Shown: positions 11,510-23,947, counted from the first letter of the stretch. The stretch is 64,000 nucleotides of DNA from Felis catus (GCF_018350175.1 NC_058383.1:21020001-21084000), one strand, 5' to 3'. The notes: generated from the letters alone by a model not told the origin. Numbers and translations are program-made.

Positions 11510-11850
11510 CGTTCATTTACGCATTCGTCCATTTAGTTGAGCACTCGCTGTGCACAAGACGCTCTTTAGGACCCTGGGGTATGTTGGTAAACAAAACAGA
11601 CCCAAAGGCGTCCTCTTATTGATTTTATTGATTCCTAAGGGAGGAGTCAAGTAATAAACAATAAGAATAAGCGATAAAGCGAATGAATAAGCAAGTGACA
11701 CGGTAACCAAAGGAGGAGGGTGGGATAACAGAGACCACAGTAACCGTGAGAGGAGGGACAGGTTGCAATCTAAAGAAGGTGGTTGGGCAGCTTTCACTGT
11801 GAAGGTGATGTTTGGAGCCACAGGGATCTCTAGGAAGAAAGCCTGGTTGA
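11510..11850 (-). mobile_element. L2 fragment
   Basis: ttcattt..cattcgtccatttagttgagcactcgctgtgcac (antisense L2 3' end). Confidence 0.7.
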
Positions 11851-12139
11851 CTGTTGTTTTATTCTTCCCTCCAAAATAACCCGGAGTGATCTAAAATGGG
11901 ATTTTTAGCAAAGTACGCCATTGGCTGCAGAAGGCGGGTTTTTGTGTCCCACCCAGAAGTCCCGGGTCCTAGGCAATTTGTTCTGTCATGGGCTAACATT
12001 AGCCCACCAGCCTCACCGGCCCGATGCTTCCGGAGCCTCTACCCGAGCCCTCCCGTGTTGTAGCGTGTCAGAATATCATACAGTTGTCTTTAGGCGTTCA
12101 TCCCTGTATGAGATCATAGAGAAGCTCAAAGACTGGGGC

Positions 12140-12290
12140 AAACAGGGTCAAAAGCTGACCCTGACACGTAACGGTGACCGTCCTTGGGCAAGTTATTTAA
12201 CCGTTAGGGGTCTTCGTGTCCTTATCTATGAAGATAAGATAATAATGGTACTTGGCACAGAGTAAGCACTTAATTAACGCTAACCCTTTT
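12140..12290 (+). mobile_element. MIR fragment
   Basis: CCTTGGGCAAGTTATTTAACC...CTTATCTATGAAGATAAGATAATAATGGTAC core. Confidence 0.7.
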
Positions 12291-13454
12291 GGGTGGTGCC
12301 TACACTGGTCTCTCTACTACGGTCTCTCTGGAGGCAAGGTCCCTCTCATGTTCCATCCCTGTTCCATCTCGTGTTCAGCAGCACCTAGCACGGGGCACAG
12401 CATGTGGAAGCATGGTTACGAGTAAAGGAACGCAGCGTGTCCAAGAAAACCCCAAAACACAACCAAAGCCCCACTGGGGGACTCACCCTCCATTTCTGGT
12501 TGGTAAATAGCCACCCGTCCATTCACCAAGATGAGAAGTTTAAACACATGCACACACACACACACACACACACACACACCAGAATTGGATTTTATCTCCC
12601 TTTTTCCCTGAATCTGCTATCTTGGGAAGGGAAGAATAACCTGGTAAGGGGAAATGTGTGGCCAAGTTTACTTTCCCAGCAAGGCTAATAAACAAGACCA
12701 TTTCTTATCCAAATTGTAGTATGTCCCGCCCTTTGTCCTTCAAAATGAATTCTTCCTCTAAAATGAAAGTATAATAATAATAATAATAATAATAATGAGC
12801 TTAATAATGAGCTTAATTCTTTGGTGCGGCAGGCTGCATGATAAAGGTAGGATGTGATTCTATATACAGAAGTCACAAAGAGACTCAAAACTCTGATCCC
12901 AAACGCCTTGCGGTATGGATAAAACGTTCAGTATCAAATTAAAAAACTCTTCCTCAGTCGCCCCTCTGGCTGCATTTTAGAGTTCCAGAACCATGATACC
13001 AGTGGTGCTCAGACTGTTAATATGTGTTAGTCTCTGGTGGCAAATGTGCAAGGTCTTCAGGCACCAGTCCCTTCTGGATGTCCCAGCAGGAATCCAGTGG
13101 TTACGACCCGCAGGCGTCTCTGAGCCTCTTAAGGCTGAGAGGCTACAGAGGTGGAAATCACATGCTGGGCTGAGAAAATTGGCGACCTGATCATGCTGGC
13201 CGAGCTGGTTTGCATGCAGTTGTTGAGCCAAGACACCATTGTATATCCAGGGTAGGCCAACTATGGTTCCCAGACCAAAGCCACCTTATCGCTTGTCCGC
13301 ATACATAAAGTTTTATAAATACGTTTTGCTGTTGGTTATAGCAGTGATTTCTCCGCGTGTCACAGTGGTGGCCTGGCCTGCCAAGCGTGTGGCCCCAGCT
13401 GGACAGGAATCCTACCAACTTGCCACTTTCCTGGTGGGAGTCCACAGTCTGGAA

Positions 13455-13650
13455 CAAAGGGTGGCAAATTCTGGCCCACTGTTTGTTTTGTCGATAAAGC
13501 TTTATTGGAACACATCCATGCCATTTATTTATATAATGCCTGGGAGTGTTTTGAACTCTAAGGGCAGAGTTCAATAGTTGCAGCAGGGGCCTACAAAGCT
13601 TCAAATATTTATTATCTAATCCTTTACAGAAAATGTTGCCAACTCTCCTT
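13455..13650 (-). mobile_element. MER58A hAT MITE
   Basis: TTTTATTGGAACACATCCATGCC...CCTTTACAGAAAATGTTGCCAAC. Confidence 0.8.
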
Positions 13651-13832
13651 CTATACGAGTGAAGTTTTCTGAAGCTTTGCCACCCAGAGGAGGCTGGGAG
13701 GCAATTAAGTCATCTCCCAGACAAAGCAGTCGACACTTGCATGTACACTCTGAGGAATCTGGGGACTAGCCTTGGACCTTGAAGCGGCGGGAAAACATCA
13801 TCTCTCACATTAAATTAAGGATGCTAAAGTGA

Positions 13833-14044
13833 GGGGCACCCGGGTGGCTCAGTTAAGCATCCGACTTCAGCCCAGGTCAGGATCTCACGGTTCATGACTT
13901 TGAGCCCCGCTTCAGTCTCCGTGCTGACAGCTCAGAGCCTGGAGCCTGCTTCAGTTCCTGTGCCTCTCTCTCTCTCTCTGTACCCCCCGCCCCCGCTCAC
14001 GCTCTGTCTCTCAAAAATAAAAATAAAAATAAACATTAAAAAAA
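13833..14044 (+). mobile_element. Can-SINE
   Basis: TSD AAGGATGCTAA(A/T)GTGA. Confidence 0.95.
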
Positions 14045-14361
14045 AAGGATGCTAATGTGAAATTGACTGGTCTTGCTTTCTTTGTATTTAATTTTTAAGT
14101 TTTCTTTTGGTTTTAGAGTTGTATAAGAACAAAAAGAATAAGGAAGTTTTACCAAGATGTCTGTTTGTAAAGATTTAATTTACATTTGAATAAAAATAAT
14201 TTGAGCAACACTAGAACTCCTGGAGAAGTTTTGTGAGGGGATCTGTACATCACTTGGGTTTGAGAAACACTGGTGAGGTGTCTTTTTCCTGAGACCTTCA
14301 CACCGGCTTTCCTGCCCTCTGTTTTCTCTCTGCTTCGATTGACTGATTGATAGATTGATTT

Positions 14362-14480
14362 AAAAAAAATATATTTTATTTATTTATTTTAAATAATCAC
14401 TATGCCCAACCTGGGGCTCGAACTCATGATCCCGAGATCAAGAGTCACGTGCTCCAGCAACTAAGGCAGCCAGGCTCCCC
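14362..14480 (-). mobile_element. Short old Can-SINE (SINEC_old)
   Basis: Reverse tRNA-like head without CT tract. Confidence 0.85.
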
Positions 14481-14505
14481 TCTGCTCTGAATTATATCCT
14501 TTAAC

Positions 14506-15300
14506 CAGGGGCCAGAAAACTTTTTTCTGTAAAGTGTAGATAATAAATATTTTAGATGATCCCTGTTGTATAGCACAAGGCATAAACAAATGGGTGTGGC
14601 TGTGTTCCACTAAGACTTTATTATTTATTTATTTATTAATTTATTATTATTTTTCTAATTTTATTTTTTATGTTTTAAAATTTACATCCAAATTACTTAG
14701 CATATAGTGTAACAATGATTTCAGGAGTAGATTCCTTGGTGCCTCTTCCCCATTTAGCCCATCCCCCCCCACACTCCCTCCCGTAACCCTCAGTTTGTTC
14801 TCCATATTTATGAGTCTGTTCTGTTTTGTCCCCCTCCCTGTTTTTATATTACTTTTGTTTCCCTTCCCTTATGTTCATCTGTTTTGTCTCGTAAAGTCCT
14901 CATATGAGTGAAATCATATGATTTTTGTCTTTCTCTGACTAATTTCACTTAGCATAATACCCTCCAGTTCCATCCACATCGTTGCAAATGGCAAGATTTC
15001 ATTCTTTCGGATTGCCGAGTAATACTCCATTGTATATATATACCACATTTTCTTTATCCATTCATCCATCGATGGACATTTGGGCTCTTTCCATACTTTG
15101 GCTATTGTTGATAAGACTTTATTTTTAGACACTGAAATTTGAATTTCACATAATTTTCATGTGCCGTGAAATATTCTTCTTCTTTTGGTTGATTTTCAAC
15201 CATCTGAAAATGAAAAGAAAAAAATCTTAGTTCATGAGACGTAAAATCAAAACACGAGGGACTGAATTTGGCCCATAGGCCATGGTTTGCCAACCCCTGC
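14506..15300 (+). mobile_element. MER58B hAT element split by an L1 insertion
   Basis: CAGGGGCCAGAAAACTTTTTTCTGTAAAG start; ACTGAAATTTGAATTTCACATAATTTTCA body; GTTTGCCAACCCCTG end. Confidence 0.85.
14623..15111 (-). mobile_element. 5'-truncated feline L1 (ORF2 end plus 3' UTR)
   Basis: Translates as KVWKEPKCPSMDEWIKKMWYIYTMEYY...; TSD TAAGACTTTATT at 14611-14622 and 15112-15123. Confidence 0.95.
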
Positions 15301-15320
15301 CCTTTTTATCAGTGAATGTA

Positions 15321-15321
15321 C

Positions 15322-15412
<91 letters not shown>

Positions 15413-15435
15413 TTCTTTCTCTTTCCTTCTTTCTT
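15321..15435. repeat. (TTTC)n microsatellite derived from a SINE tail
   Basis: Direct reading. Confidence 0.95.
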
Positions 15436-15636
15436 TAAGTTTATGTATTTATTTTTGAGAGAGACAGAGACAGAACAAGGAGGGAAGGGACAGAGAGAGA
15501 GGGAGAGACAGAATCCTAAACACGTTCTGAGCGGTCAGCACAGAGCCCTATGCAGGGCTTGAACGCACGAAACTGTGAGCTCGTGATCTGAGCTGAAACC
15601 AAGAGTCAGACGCTTAACTGAGCCACCCAGGTGCCC
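15436..15636 (-). mobile_element. Can-SINE
   Basis: Reverse SINEC body. Confidence 0.9.
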
Positions 15637-15644
15637 TCCTTTCC

Positions 15645-15776
15645 TTATTTTTTTTTAAGTAGGCTCTACACCCAGCACAGAGCCTAACGTAGGGCTTGAA
15701 CTCACCGCCCTGAGATCAAGAACCGAGCTGAGATCAAGAGTCAGACTCTCAACTGACTGAGCCATCCAGGCACCCC
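15645..15776 (-). mobile_element. Short older Can-SINE variant
   Basis: Reverse head with GTAGGCTCTACACCCAGC-type 3' end; no CT tract. Confidence 0.85.
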
Positions 15777-15789
15777 AATGAATAAAAAG

Positions 15790-16320
15790 TCAATTTTATT
15801 GTGTTCCTGTTTAGAAATCTGCCCTTGGTTTCTTAGTTTGTTTGTTTGTTAAATAAGATTAAGTCCATCCACCTAGGCATAGCATTCCAGCCTTTAGGAC
15901 ATTTTCCCAAATCCATTTTCTTCTATACTCCTCCATAAAAATCTATGCTCTGAACACACTGAACTTATTACTTGTTCCCTGTTATTCTGTTTTTTTTTTC
16001 TTTCCCCATGTCGTCTTGCCTTTTCCATGGGGTCTTATCAGCCCCTCATTCTTCACCTGGCAAAGTCCTAAATGTTCTTCCTGATCCCGTCTGTCCCCAC
16101 AGCACAGCTAACTGCTCCCTGGCCACTGTCATACAATGCTCAGCCCCCTTGTTAAAGTAGCACTTGCGATGTTCCATTTTCATGCTCTCTCTGAGTAATG
16201 CATTGCCCTGATCCCATGAGCCTTTTGAGAGCAGGGATCATGACAATTCAACCCTGCATCCCTAACATCTAGCACAGTACCCTAACACCAAACAGATGTT
16301 CAACAAAAATTTTCCAAGGG
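15790..16320 (+). mobile_element. L2 3' fragment
   Basis: TGAGCCTTTTGAGAGCAGGGATCATG...CTAGCACAGTACCCTAACACC. Confidence 0.7.
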
Positions 16321-17589
16321 AATCTCCAGCAATCGTTAGGAAGAGCCGTAAGGGCTACTCTTGACTGAGTCCTTTTTTATTCCAGACACTGTACTGAGTA
16401 CTTGGCATGCATGATCTCAGTCGGTATGTCAGGTTCAAGGCGTTTTCCCCTCCCACTCGGGTTTTCTTTTTTTATTGGGTCACAACTCCTTAACTGCATA
16501 AGATATTCACTACATATTCAACCGTGGGTTTTAACCATCAGAGGCAAGGCTGATGGAGGAAAGAAACATTTCGGTCCCTCCCATCCCACTGGCTCTGCTT
16601 TGCGATTTAAGGCAAGCCTATCTATTTGCCCTGTAGCAGCCCAGTGCCCTACAAGAGAGAAACATTACCAAGTTCTTAGTAAAGAACAGATAAAAATAAA
16701 CTGTTGGCATTTCAGCAGAATTCCTCTTCATCTTTGTCACTGGGCAAAATTAGGGGCCTGCCCTCCTTTACTGGAGTCGCTAGAACATAAATGAAACCCA
16801 AGTTGAGTCAAAGAGGGCCCCGGGGACCTGATTGTGCATTCTCCTCCCGGCTGAGGCGAGAAGAGAGGCCCTTTGTTTGGCAGTGGATGCTTTCCAAATT
16901 TAGAGAGTCCTTAATGACTCTTCAACTGCATTACATCCTGAAGATAATTAGTAATGTTGCTGCTCAGCTGTTCAGCACCAATCAATCAAAGAAGATACAC
17001 ACAACATGCAATAAATCCAGAATCTGAATCCATTCCAGGGGAGGAAAAGACATCCCCTTCAAGGTCCAATAAAAGAAGTCCACCCTTCTGGGAAATATAT
17101 TTAGAGGGGCAAAGATTAAGCAAATAAGTGGACGTTGTTAGCTTTCGTGCAATCGTGACTCATTTTTGTCTCGTTCGTCGATGGTGGAGGATGTATGGAG
17201 GAGAGGTCTTTATGAGGAAGCATTATACAGCGCAAAGCAACTGAATTTTTCTGAAAACTTGGGATAGCTCCACCTTTGCTAGCGACCGGTTCCAAAGCTA
17301 CTTTCCAGAAATGTTCCCGGGCTCTTTCTTTGGGCCACGGCTCTATAGCCTGGGGCCACCGCAAGGCGGACTAGGCATGGTACCTGCCTTTGCAGAGTCT
17401 CGGCAGGGAGATTCATCCCTAAACTAAATGAAGATGTGGGAGGTGCAAATTTGGGGGGGAGCTGCTGAGCAAGGTTGAGAAAGATGAGTATCTAACGAAT
17501 TGGGTAACGTAAAAGCAGGGGTGAAGTTGGCTGAAAGGATGATGGCATGAGAGGCAATCAATAGAAAAAAATGAATGCAGACAACTTTT

Positions 17590-17773
17590 TAGTTCATTCA
17601 TTTTGAGGGAGACAGACACAGAGAGAGAGGAAGGGGGGAGGTGCAGAGAGAAAGGATCCCAAGCAGGCACCTACCGGTGTGGAGCCAGACGCAGGGCTTG
17701 AACCCACGAACTGTGAGATCATGACCAGAGCCCAAGTCAGATGCTCAACCAACTGAGCCACCCGGATGCCCCC
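17590..17773 (-). mobile_element. Can-SINE
   Basis: TSD CAGACAACT(T/G)TTTTA. Confidence 0.9.
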
Positions 17774-17929
17774 AGACAACTGTTTTAATAAAATTTCCTA
17801 TGGAAGTCAGAGTATACTGGCAATAATGTAGAGTGGAGGGCGAGGGCCAAAAGAGCTTTTTGTGAGATTGTTTCCTTGTTTGTTTTAAGTGGAAGAGGCT
17901 CCTCTATGTAAATTTCAAAGGGATTCTTG

Positions 17930-18705
17930 ATGGCGACGAATCACCGATCTGTTTTCTGTCCTCATAATTTCACCTCTTCCAAAATGTCACATAAAGGGGA
18001 TCGTACAGCAGACCCTGTTATGCCCAGAATCCGTGATCCCCAAAGACCACTAGGGAGCCGAGTCCAATGCAAAAGCAAAGAGCCTTTATTCGAGCTAGCT
18101 CGAGCTCAATCCCCTACCTGCACCGACGCAGCGGTGAGATACCAGGGAAAGAGAGCGAGTTTCAAAAGGACAAAGGTTTTATTGGGGCCTGGGGGCAGTT
18201 GGTGAGGTAATGGCTATGGCCTCAGCCGATTGGCTGGGGAGGGGTCCTGGGGAAGGGTCCGGCAGGTGAGGGAGGGTTTACTCGAGGGGAGGAGGTGTGG
18301 TCAAGGTGAAGGACACAGAACAAGATGGAGTCGGCTGGCGTAGGCCCGCCCTTTCAGACCCCTTTCTGCATCTGCCTTCCTCCACTCAGCAAAACGCTCT
18401 TCCGATTCATCCATGTCGTGTGTATCAATAGTTCAATCCCTTTTGGTTGCCGAGTAGTAGCCCATCGTGTGGCTTTATCCATCCATCAGCTAAAGGGCCT
18501 TTGTATCATTTCCCACCTCGACAATTATGAAGAGAGGTAGGCATTCACACGCAGGTTTCCGTGTGTACGTAAGTTTTCCTCTGTCTTGCGAACATATCCA
18601 GGACTGGGATATGCTGAGTCATTGAGTCATATAACAAATGCATGTTTAATTTTATAATAAGCTGCCAACCTGTTTTCTAAGCGAGCTGTACCATTTTGCT
18701 GAACG
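17930..18705 (-). mobile_element. Old L1 (L1MB/MC) 3' fragment interrupted by an ERV LTR
   Basis: Antisense L1 motifs (gattcatccatgtcgtgtgtatcaatagttc, gtaagttttcctctgtcttg). Confidence 0.8.
18016..18356 (-). mobile_element. Gammaretrovirus-like (ERV1) solo LTR, young
   Basis: Minus strand TGAAAG...TAACA, 341 bp; GACCC direct repeat on both sides; CCAAT, TATA-like AATAAAA, polyA AATAAAG followed by MLV-like GCTCTTTGCTTTTGCAT. Confidence 0.9.
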
Positions 18706-18710
18706 TAATT

Positions 18711-18925
18711 CTTTTTTTTTTTAATGTTTTCTTTTATTTTTGAGAGACAGAGACAGAGCATGAGTGGAGGAGGAGCAGAGAGAGAGGGAGACACAGAATC
18801 CGAAGCAGGCTCCAGGCTCCAAGCTGTCAGCACAGAGCCCGACGCAGGGCTCGAACCCACAAACCATGAGATCATGACCTGAGCCAAAGTCAGACGCTTA
18901 ACTGACTGAGCCACCCAGGCGCCCC
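18711..18925 (-). mobile_element. Can-SINE
   Basis: TSD TGAA(C/T)GTAATT. Confidence 0.95.
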
Positions 18926-19514
18926 TGAATGTAATTGTTTTTAAAAATCAGCGAATTGAAATTTGAATTTAACTAAAGCCAAAGGCAAGGGACCCGGCAA
19001 AGAGGGAGAGAGCAGAGGTACGGGGCGGAGCTGGGGACAGGTGACTCATGAAATTTCCAAAAAGAAGAAGGGGATGGGGTCCAGAGAACGGGAGCAGGGG
19101 CTGCCCTCGCACCCCGCCTTTCTCTTGCAGAGAGCAGAGAAGGCAGGAGGATTGGTGTAGACGTTGGTGAGTGGAGAAGAGTTAAAGCATGGAGCATGGA
19201 GAAGCGGGCTGCCCCGAGAGTCGTAGGATGGCACACGGGCAGAGTGGGCTGGTGTTCAGGGACGGCCACCTGCTTTTTGGAAGCAGCTGAGTTTATGGTA
19301 TCAGCCGCAGGGTAACTGAAGTGCTGGGTAAGTACCCCCAAGCTGGACCCATAAGGAGGTGAACACAGGTGGGGACGGTGGATAGAAAGAGAGCAAACGA
19401 GTCATTTCAATTGTCAAGCTATTGTCTCAGCTTTGAGGTCACCAGAAGCTGGAACTGGTACTCTGCAAATGACATTTCTGCATGGCCAGCTGGCTTCCCG
19501 TTTCACTCTGCTGA

Positions 19515-19700
19515 GGGGGAGGAGGAAAGAGGAGGGAAGGGAGGGTGGAAGGAGGGCAAGATAGAGGGAGAGTGAGAAGGGGAGAGAACAAGAACAAGAA
19601 GAACAGAAGAAGGAGGGAGGGAGACAAAAATAGAGGTAGAGAATACAGAGAGGAGGAAGAAAAAGAAGGAGGAGGAGGAGGAGGAGGGGAAGGAGGAGGG
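19515..19700. repeat. GA-rich (polypurine) low-complexity tract
   Basis: Direct reading (GGA/GAA repeats). Confidence 0.9.
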
Positions 19701-19995
19701 TCAGAAAGTGCAAACTTCCAGTTAGTAGATTAATAAATGCCAGGGATGTAATATGCACCATGATGACCATAGCTCCCACACCTGTAGGTATATTGGAAAG
19801 TTGTTAAGAGCGTTCTCATCACAAGGAAAAGAAACATTTTTTCCACCGTTTCCTTTTCTGTATCTACATGAGTTTGACGGATGTTGACCAAACTCATTGT
19901 GGTAATCATTTCACGATATGTGAACATCAAGTCATTACACTATACACCTTAAACTTACAGCGAGCTGTATGTCAATTATATCTCACTGAAATTGC
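19700..19995 (+). mobile_element. L1MC1/2-like 3' end
   Basis: TGTGGTAATCATTTCACGAT...TACACCTTAAACTTACAG..GTCAATTATATCTCA. Confidence 0.85.
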
Positions 19996-20169
19996 GGGGT
20001 GGGCGTGGGGGATTAAATAAGTAAAGTCCAGAATGTCATTAGATGAAGGGGATGTGGAAGGAATAAAGTGTCCGAATTGAATGACCCAAGCTCCAGAAGA
20101 ATAGCTGTTTTTTGGTTTGGGTGTTGTTTTTATTGAATGAGATGAGGTTATAAAAATTTACCGAGAGGT

Positions 20170-21090
20170 CTGCAAAGATTTAGACAAATGAAAAGTACAC
20201 ATCTAAGTCATGAATAGAAAGACTCACTTATTTCCAGTTATCCCCTATCTTGATCCTATTAACCTTAAAAATAAAACTACCCATTATTTTACCAGCCCCA
20301 AATTGGGTTTATTTGGGGAGAGTTGAGAATTGCAACCCAGAACAAGCAACCTCCCACAAAACCATAGGCAAGTCTGGAGACCAAAGCGGAGGACTTTGCT
20401 TTGCTCTTTTATAGGGGAAGGGGGGGGGGGCGGGGCGGGGAGAGGGAGGGGCTGTTGTAAAGTAAAAGTCCATTGGACGAAACTGGGAGTTCAAACTGTA
20501 GTGGCTTCTCATTGGCTGAGCTGTGACTATCTCTCATTGGCTGGGCTCTTGCCAGGCGAGGAGGAAGCCTGCCTTCCTCCTGCTGGGATACTAAGCTGGA
20601 ATCCCCTGCATGGTGCAAATTTCCTCTCTTCTTGTAGGGTCTGCAGTTGGTGCTGGGTGTGAAAACTCCCCATGCCAAGCTCCCAAATTCATTCTGGATG
20701 AGGTTTCCTTTTATTAATGTTCACGATCCCAACTGGATTTCTTTGGACCTTGATGCTACATTTCTAGTTCTCACCTGTTAGAATATCATTGCCAGAAACA
20801 GAATAGAATTTCAAGGCGGGGGGATGGGGGTGGGGGGAGAGCCGGTGGGTAACGAACATTCAACAGATACTAACACGTATTATGAAGCTAAATTATAAAA
20901 CGGTAAATTGGTGACAAGGGAATACATGATCAATGGAACAGACCAGAAAGTCTAGAAATACCCCAAAGAAAACTATATGGAAATTTAGAATATGATAAAA
21001 GTGGCATTTCACATTTGTGGGGATAATATTTTGGAGATAATTGCTTAGCCATTTGGAAAAATATATTGGACTTATATCGCTGAATAAATA
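20170..21090 (+). mobile_element. Ancient L1ME ORF2 fragments split by an LTR
   Basis: GATCAATGGAACAGACCAGAAAGTCTAGAAATACCC; TATGATAAAAGTGGCATTTCA. Confidence 0.65.
20285..20725 (-). mobile_element. ERV1-type solo LTR (family unresolved)
   Basis: Minus strand in U3-R order: 3 CCAAT boxes, GC boxes, TATAAAA (20407-20413), AATAAA (~20308-20313). Confidence 0.75.
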
Positions 21091-21239
21091 AGGCAAAAAA
21101 CCTTTCTCATTAAGTTATGAAAGTAAGGAAAATAATCGGTGGAAGATGACTCAATCTTGCTGCCTTGAGTCTGATAATTTGCGTACCCTGGGGTGGGAGG
21201 CTTGGCTAGTGAAATAATATCCAAAGGCAGTCACTTGGG

Positions 21240-22050
21240 TCAGGGTCTTAAAGTGGGAAGTGACAGAAAACTAAACTCAGGCCGGCTTAAAAAATTTTTT
21301 TTAATTCTTTTTTTTTTTATTTTTGAGATAGAGAGAGAGAGAGACAGCACACGAGCTGGGGAGGCGCAGAGAGAGAGGGAGACACAGAATCTGAAGCAGG
21401 TTCCAGGCTCTGAGCTGTCAGCACAGGGCCCAATGAGGAATCCAACTCATGAACCATCAGATCACGTGGTTCTGAGCTTAAGTGGATGCTTAACCCACTG
21501 AGCCACCCAGGCACCCCATTGGGCTGGCTTAAGATAAAAAGACAATTTGGCATATCTAACTTAAAAACCCAGAGATATTCAGAGATATGGCTCCTGAAGA
21601 GTCCAAAATTGTGTCCTCAGAACTCTGCTTCATATTCTTTCCAATCTCTGACTTCCACTCTGCTGGCTTCATTCTCAAATTCTACCACTTGGTTCCAAGA
21701 GAGATGCTAGCATCTCTAAAGTCAACTCCCACCAGGTTCCAGGGCACCAGGAAAGAGGTAAAGTTCTCGCCCAGTGGTAGCTGCAAAAGTCCCTCTGATC
21801 CTCATTGGCTCTGAGTCACATGCCCGTTCCTGAACCAATCACCGTTACCGGGAGAATACAGAGCCCCTATGGGCCAGGGCCAAGATGCATGTCCTTCCCA
21901 AGATCCACGTGTAGAGAGTTGACTCCATTCAAATTATATAGAGTAAGAATTAGCAGAAGGGTGGTTCACCAGTGGAACTCAGGGGACTATTACTAAAAGA
22001 AGAAGAAACTACTAGATAGCTAAAAATAACAATAATAGCAGGTGTCTCCT
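21240..22050 (-). mobile_element. MLT1J/K LTR interrupted by a SINE
   Basis: AAGTGACAGAAAACTAAACTCAGG; GAGTCACATGCCCGTTCCTGAACCAATCAC. Confidence 0.8.
21290..21517 (-). mobile_element. Can-SINE
   Basis: Reverse SINEC; TSD-like GGC(C/T)GGCTTAA. Confidence 0.93.
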
Positions 22051-23516
22051 ACGTCAACTGACATGGTCGGGGTTCTCCTTTTATTTGTGTTTTACTTCCC
22101 TGGACCCTTTCCCAGTGTCTACTCATGCCTAGGTTGTGCCTGCCCTTGACCTCTTGTGGGTGGAGTCCTTCTTTACCTATAAAGCTCCTCTTAAATGAGA
22201 CCCAACTCTTTATCTCTACAGGAATAGCCTGGGGAGTTTGGGTATCATGAACATTAAAATTATCTTCTACACCAGCCATCTTTCATTCAGCAAATATGCA
22301 TCAAACATATTCAATGTGCAGGAACGGAAGACATAGTCGAGAACAGGGTAGGAAAGAGGAACGAATTCACATGTTACCTAGAAACGATAGCTCAAGTTGA
22401 TGGGCATCCCCCTTGGTGGCCGGCCTTAGATTGCCACCAGGAACAACCCTATCTCTGGCTGTTGCCCCGTCCCCACCTAATTTGCTTCTTGGGTCTCAAT
22501 CTGTCCTGCTCACGGACATCGTACTCCAAGCCGAAGACAAGAAAACAGCCCATTGGCTGAAATTGAATAAAAGTCAGCCCATCAGCCATGTGGTTTGAGA
22601 GTGGGATGCTTTTATCCCCCAAACATTGAAGGGGCTCCTGCAGTGACCAAAGGATCGTATGCAAGGAGAAAGATGAATAGAACGTGGGCCCAGCGTCCCA
22701 GGGGCTTGCCGTCTAGTTGGGAAGAAAATCATGTCCAGAAACGGCTGCAAAGCAAAGAGTGCCATAATAGAAGCTACACAGTAGCATCGACAAGAAGTTC
22801 TAGAAACGGAAGCATGTTCTGACTAGGTGTGGGAAGGGTCAGGATTGGAGAAGGAGACAGTTGTTTTTGGCAAGTAGGCCCTGTGAGCTTGCGCTTGCAA
22901 AATAACTTACAATGTATCGTAGAAGCTTTGTCCTTCCTTTGTGATTCTCTGTACACTCTGGGCTTCAGCGCCCCAAATACTGGCTGCCTAGGCACCGCGG
23001 AGACACAAAGCATTCTCATTAGTTACTATCAGTCATCTGGTTCTGTGTAACAAATTACCCCAACACTTGGTGGCTTAAAACAACACACGGACGTTTCCTC
23101 AGAGCGTCTGTGGGTCAGGAGTTCGGAGCGGCTTAGTCGAGTTCTTCTGATTCAGGGTCTATCTGAAGGTGGTAGTCAAGATGTCAGCCAAGGCCACGGT
23201 CTCTAAAGGTTTGATAGAGACTGGAAAATCTGCTTCCAAACTCTACCCACTTGGCTCTTAGCGGAAGGCCTCGGCTCCCTGCTGGCCCGTTGGCCAGATG
23301 CTTTGGATGCTCACCATGTGGACTTCTCCATCGGGTTTCGTCATGAGTGGGTGATCCGAAGGTAAGGCTGCAGCCACAGTGCTTTGTATAATCTAGTCCT
23401 CAAAAGCCACGCACCATCGCTTCCGCTTTATTGTAGTCACTAGAAGCAAGTCACTAACTCCAGCCCGTACTCACGGAGAGGGAAGTTAAGACCCCACCAC
23501 GTGTGGGAGGGACAGT

Positions 23517-23725
23517 CTTATTTAATTAATTAATTTATTTATTTACTTACGTATTTATTTATTTATTTATTTAGAGAAAGTGCCAGTGGGGGGAGGAGCA
23601 GAGAGAGCGCGACAGACAAAGAATCCCAAGCGTGGAGCCTGACGCAGGGCTCGAGCCCATGAACCGTGAGATCGTGGCCTGAGCTGAAGTCAGATGCTTC
23701 ACTGACTGGGCCACCCAGGCGCCCC
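23517..23725 (-). mobile_element. Can-SINE
   Basis: Reverse SINEC with (TTTA)n tail. Confidence 0.92.
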
Positions 23726-23744
23726 AAGGGCAGGACATATTTTT

Positions 23745-23947
23745 AAAAAAAATTTTAATGTTTATTTTTGAGAGAGGGAGAGACTAGAGCATGAGCCGGG
23801 GAGGGGCAGAGAGAGGGAGACACAGAATCCGAAGCAGGCTCCGGGCTCTGAGCTGTCAGCACAGAGCCCGACGCAGGGCTCGAACTCATGAACCGCAAGA
23901 TCATGACTTGAGCCGGCGCTTAACCGCCTGAGCCACCCAGGCGCCCC
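23745..23947 (-). mobile_element. Can-SINE
   Basis: TSD AGGACATATTTTTAAA. Confidence 0.95.

Noticed and set aside
18627..18914. Recurrent 'MAQSVKRxTSAQVMIS...' ORFs suggesting a gene family
   Set aside because: They are translations of Can-SINE copies.
18016..20725. Two minus-strand LTRs as the ends of one provirus
   Set aside because: Their sequences are unrelated, the first has its own TSD, and the interval holds L1/SINE sequence rather than gag-pol-env.
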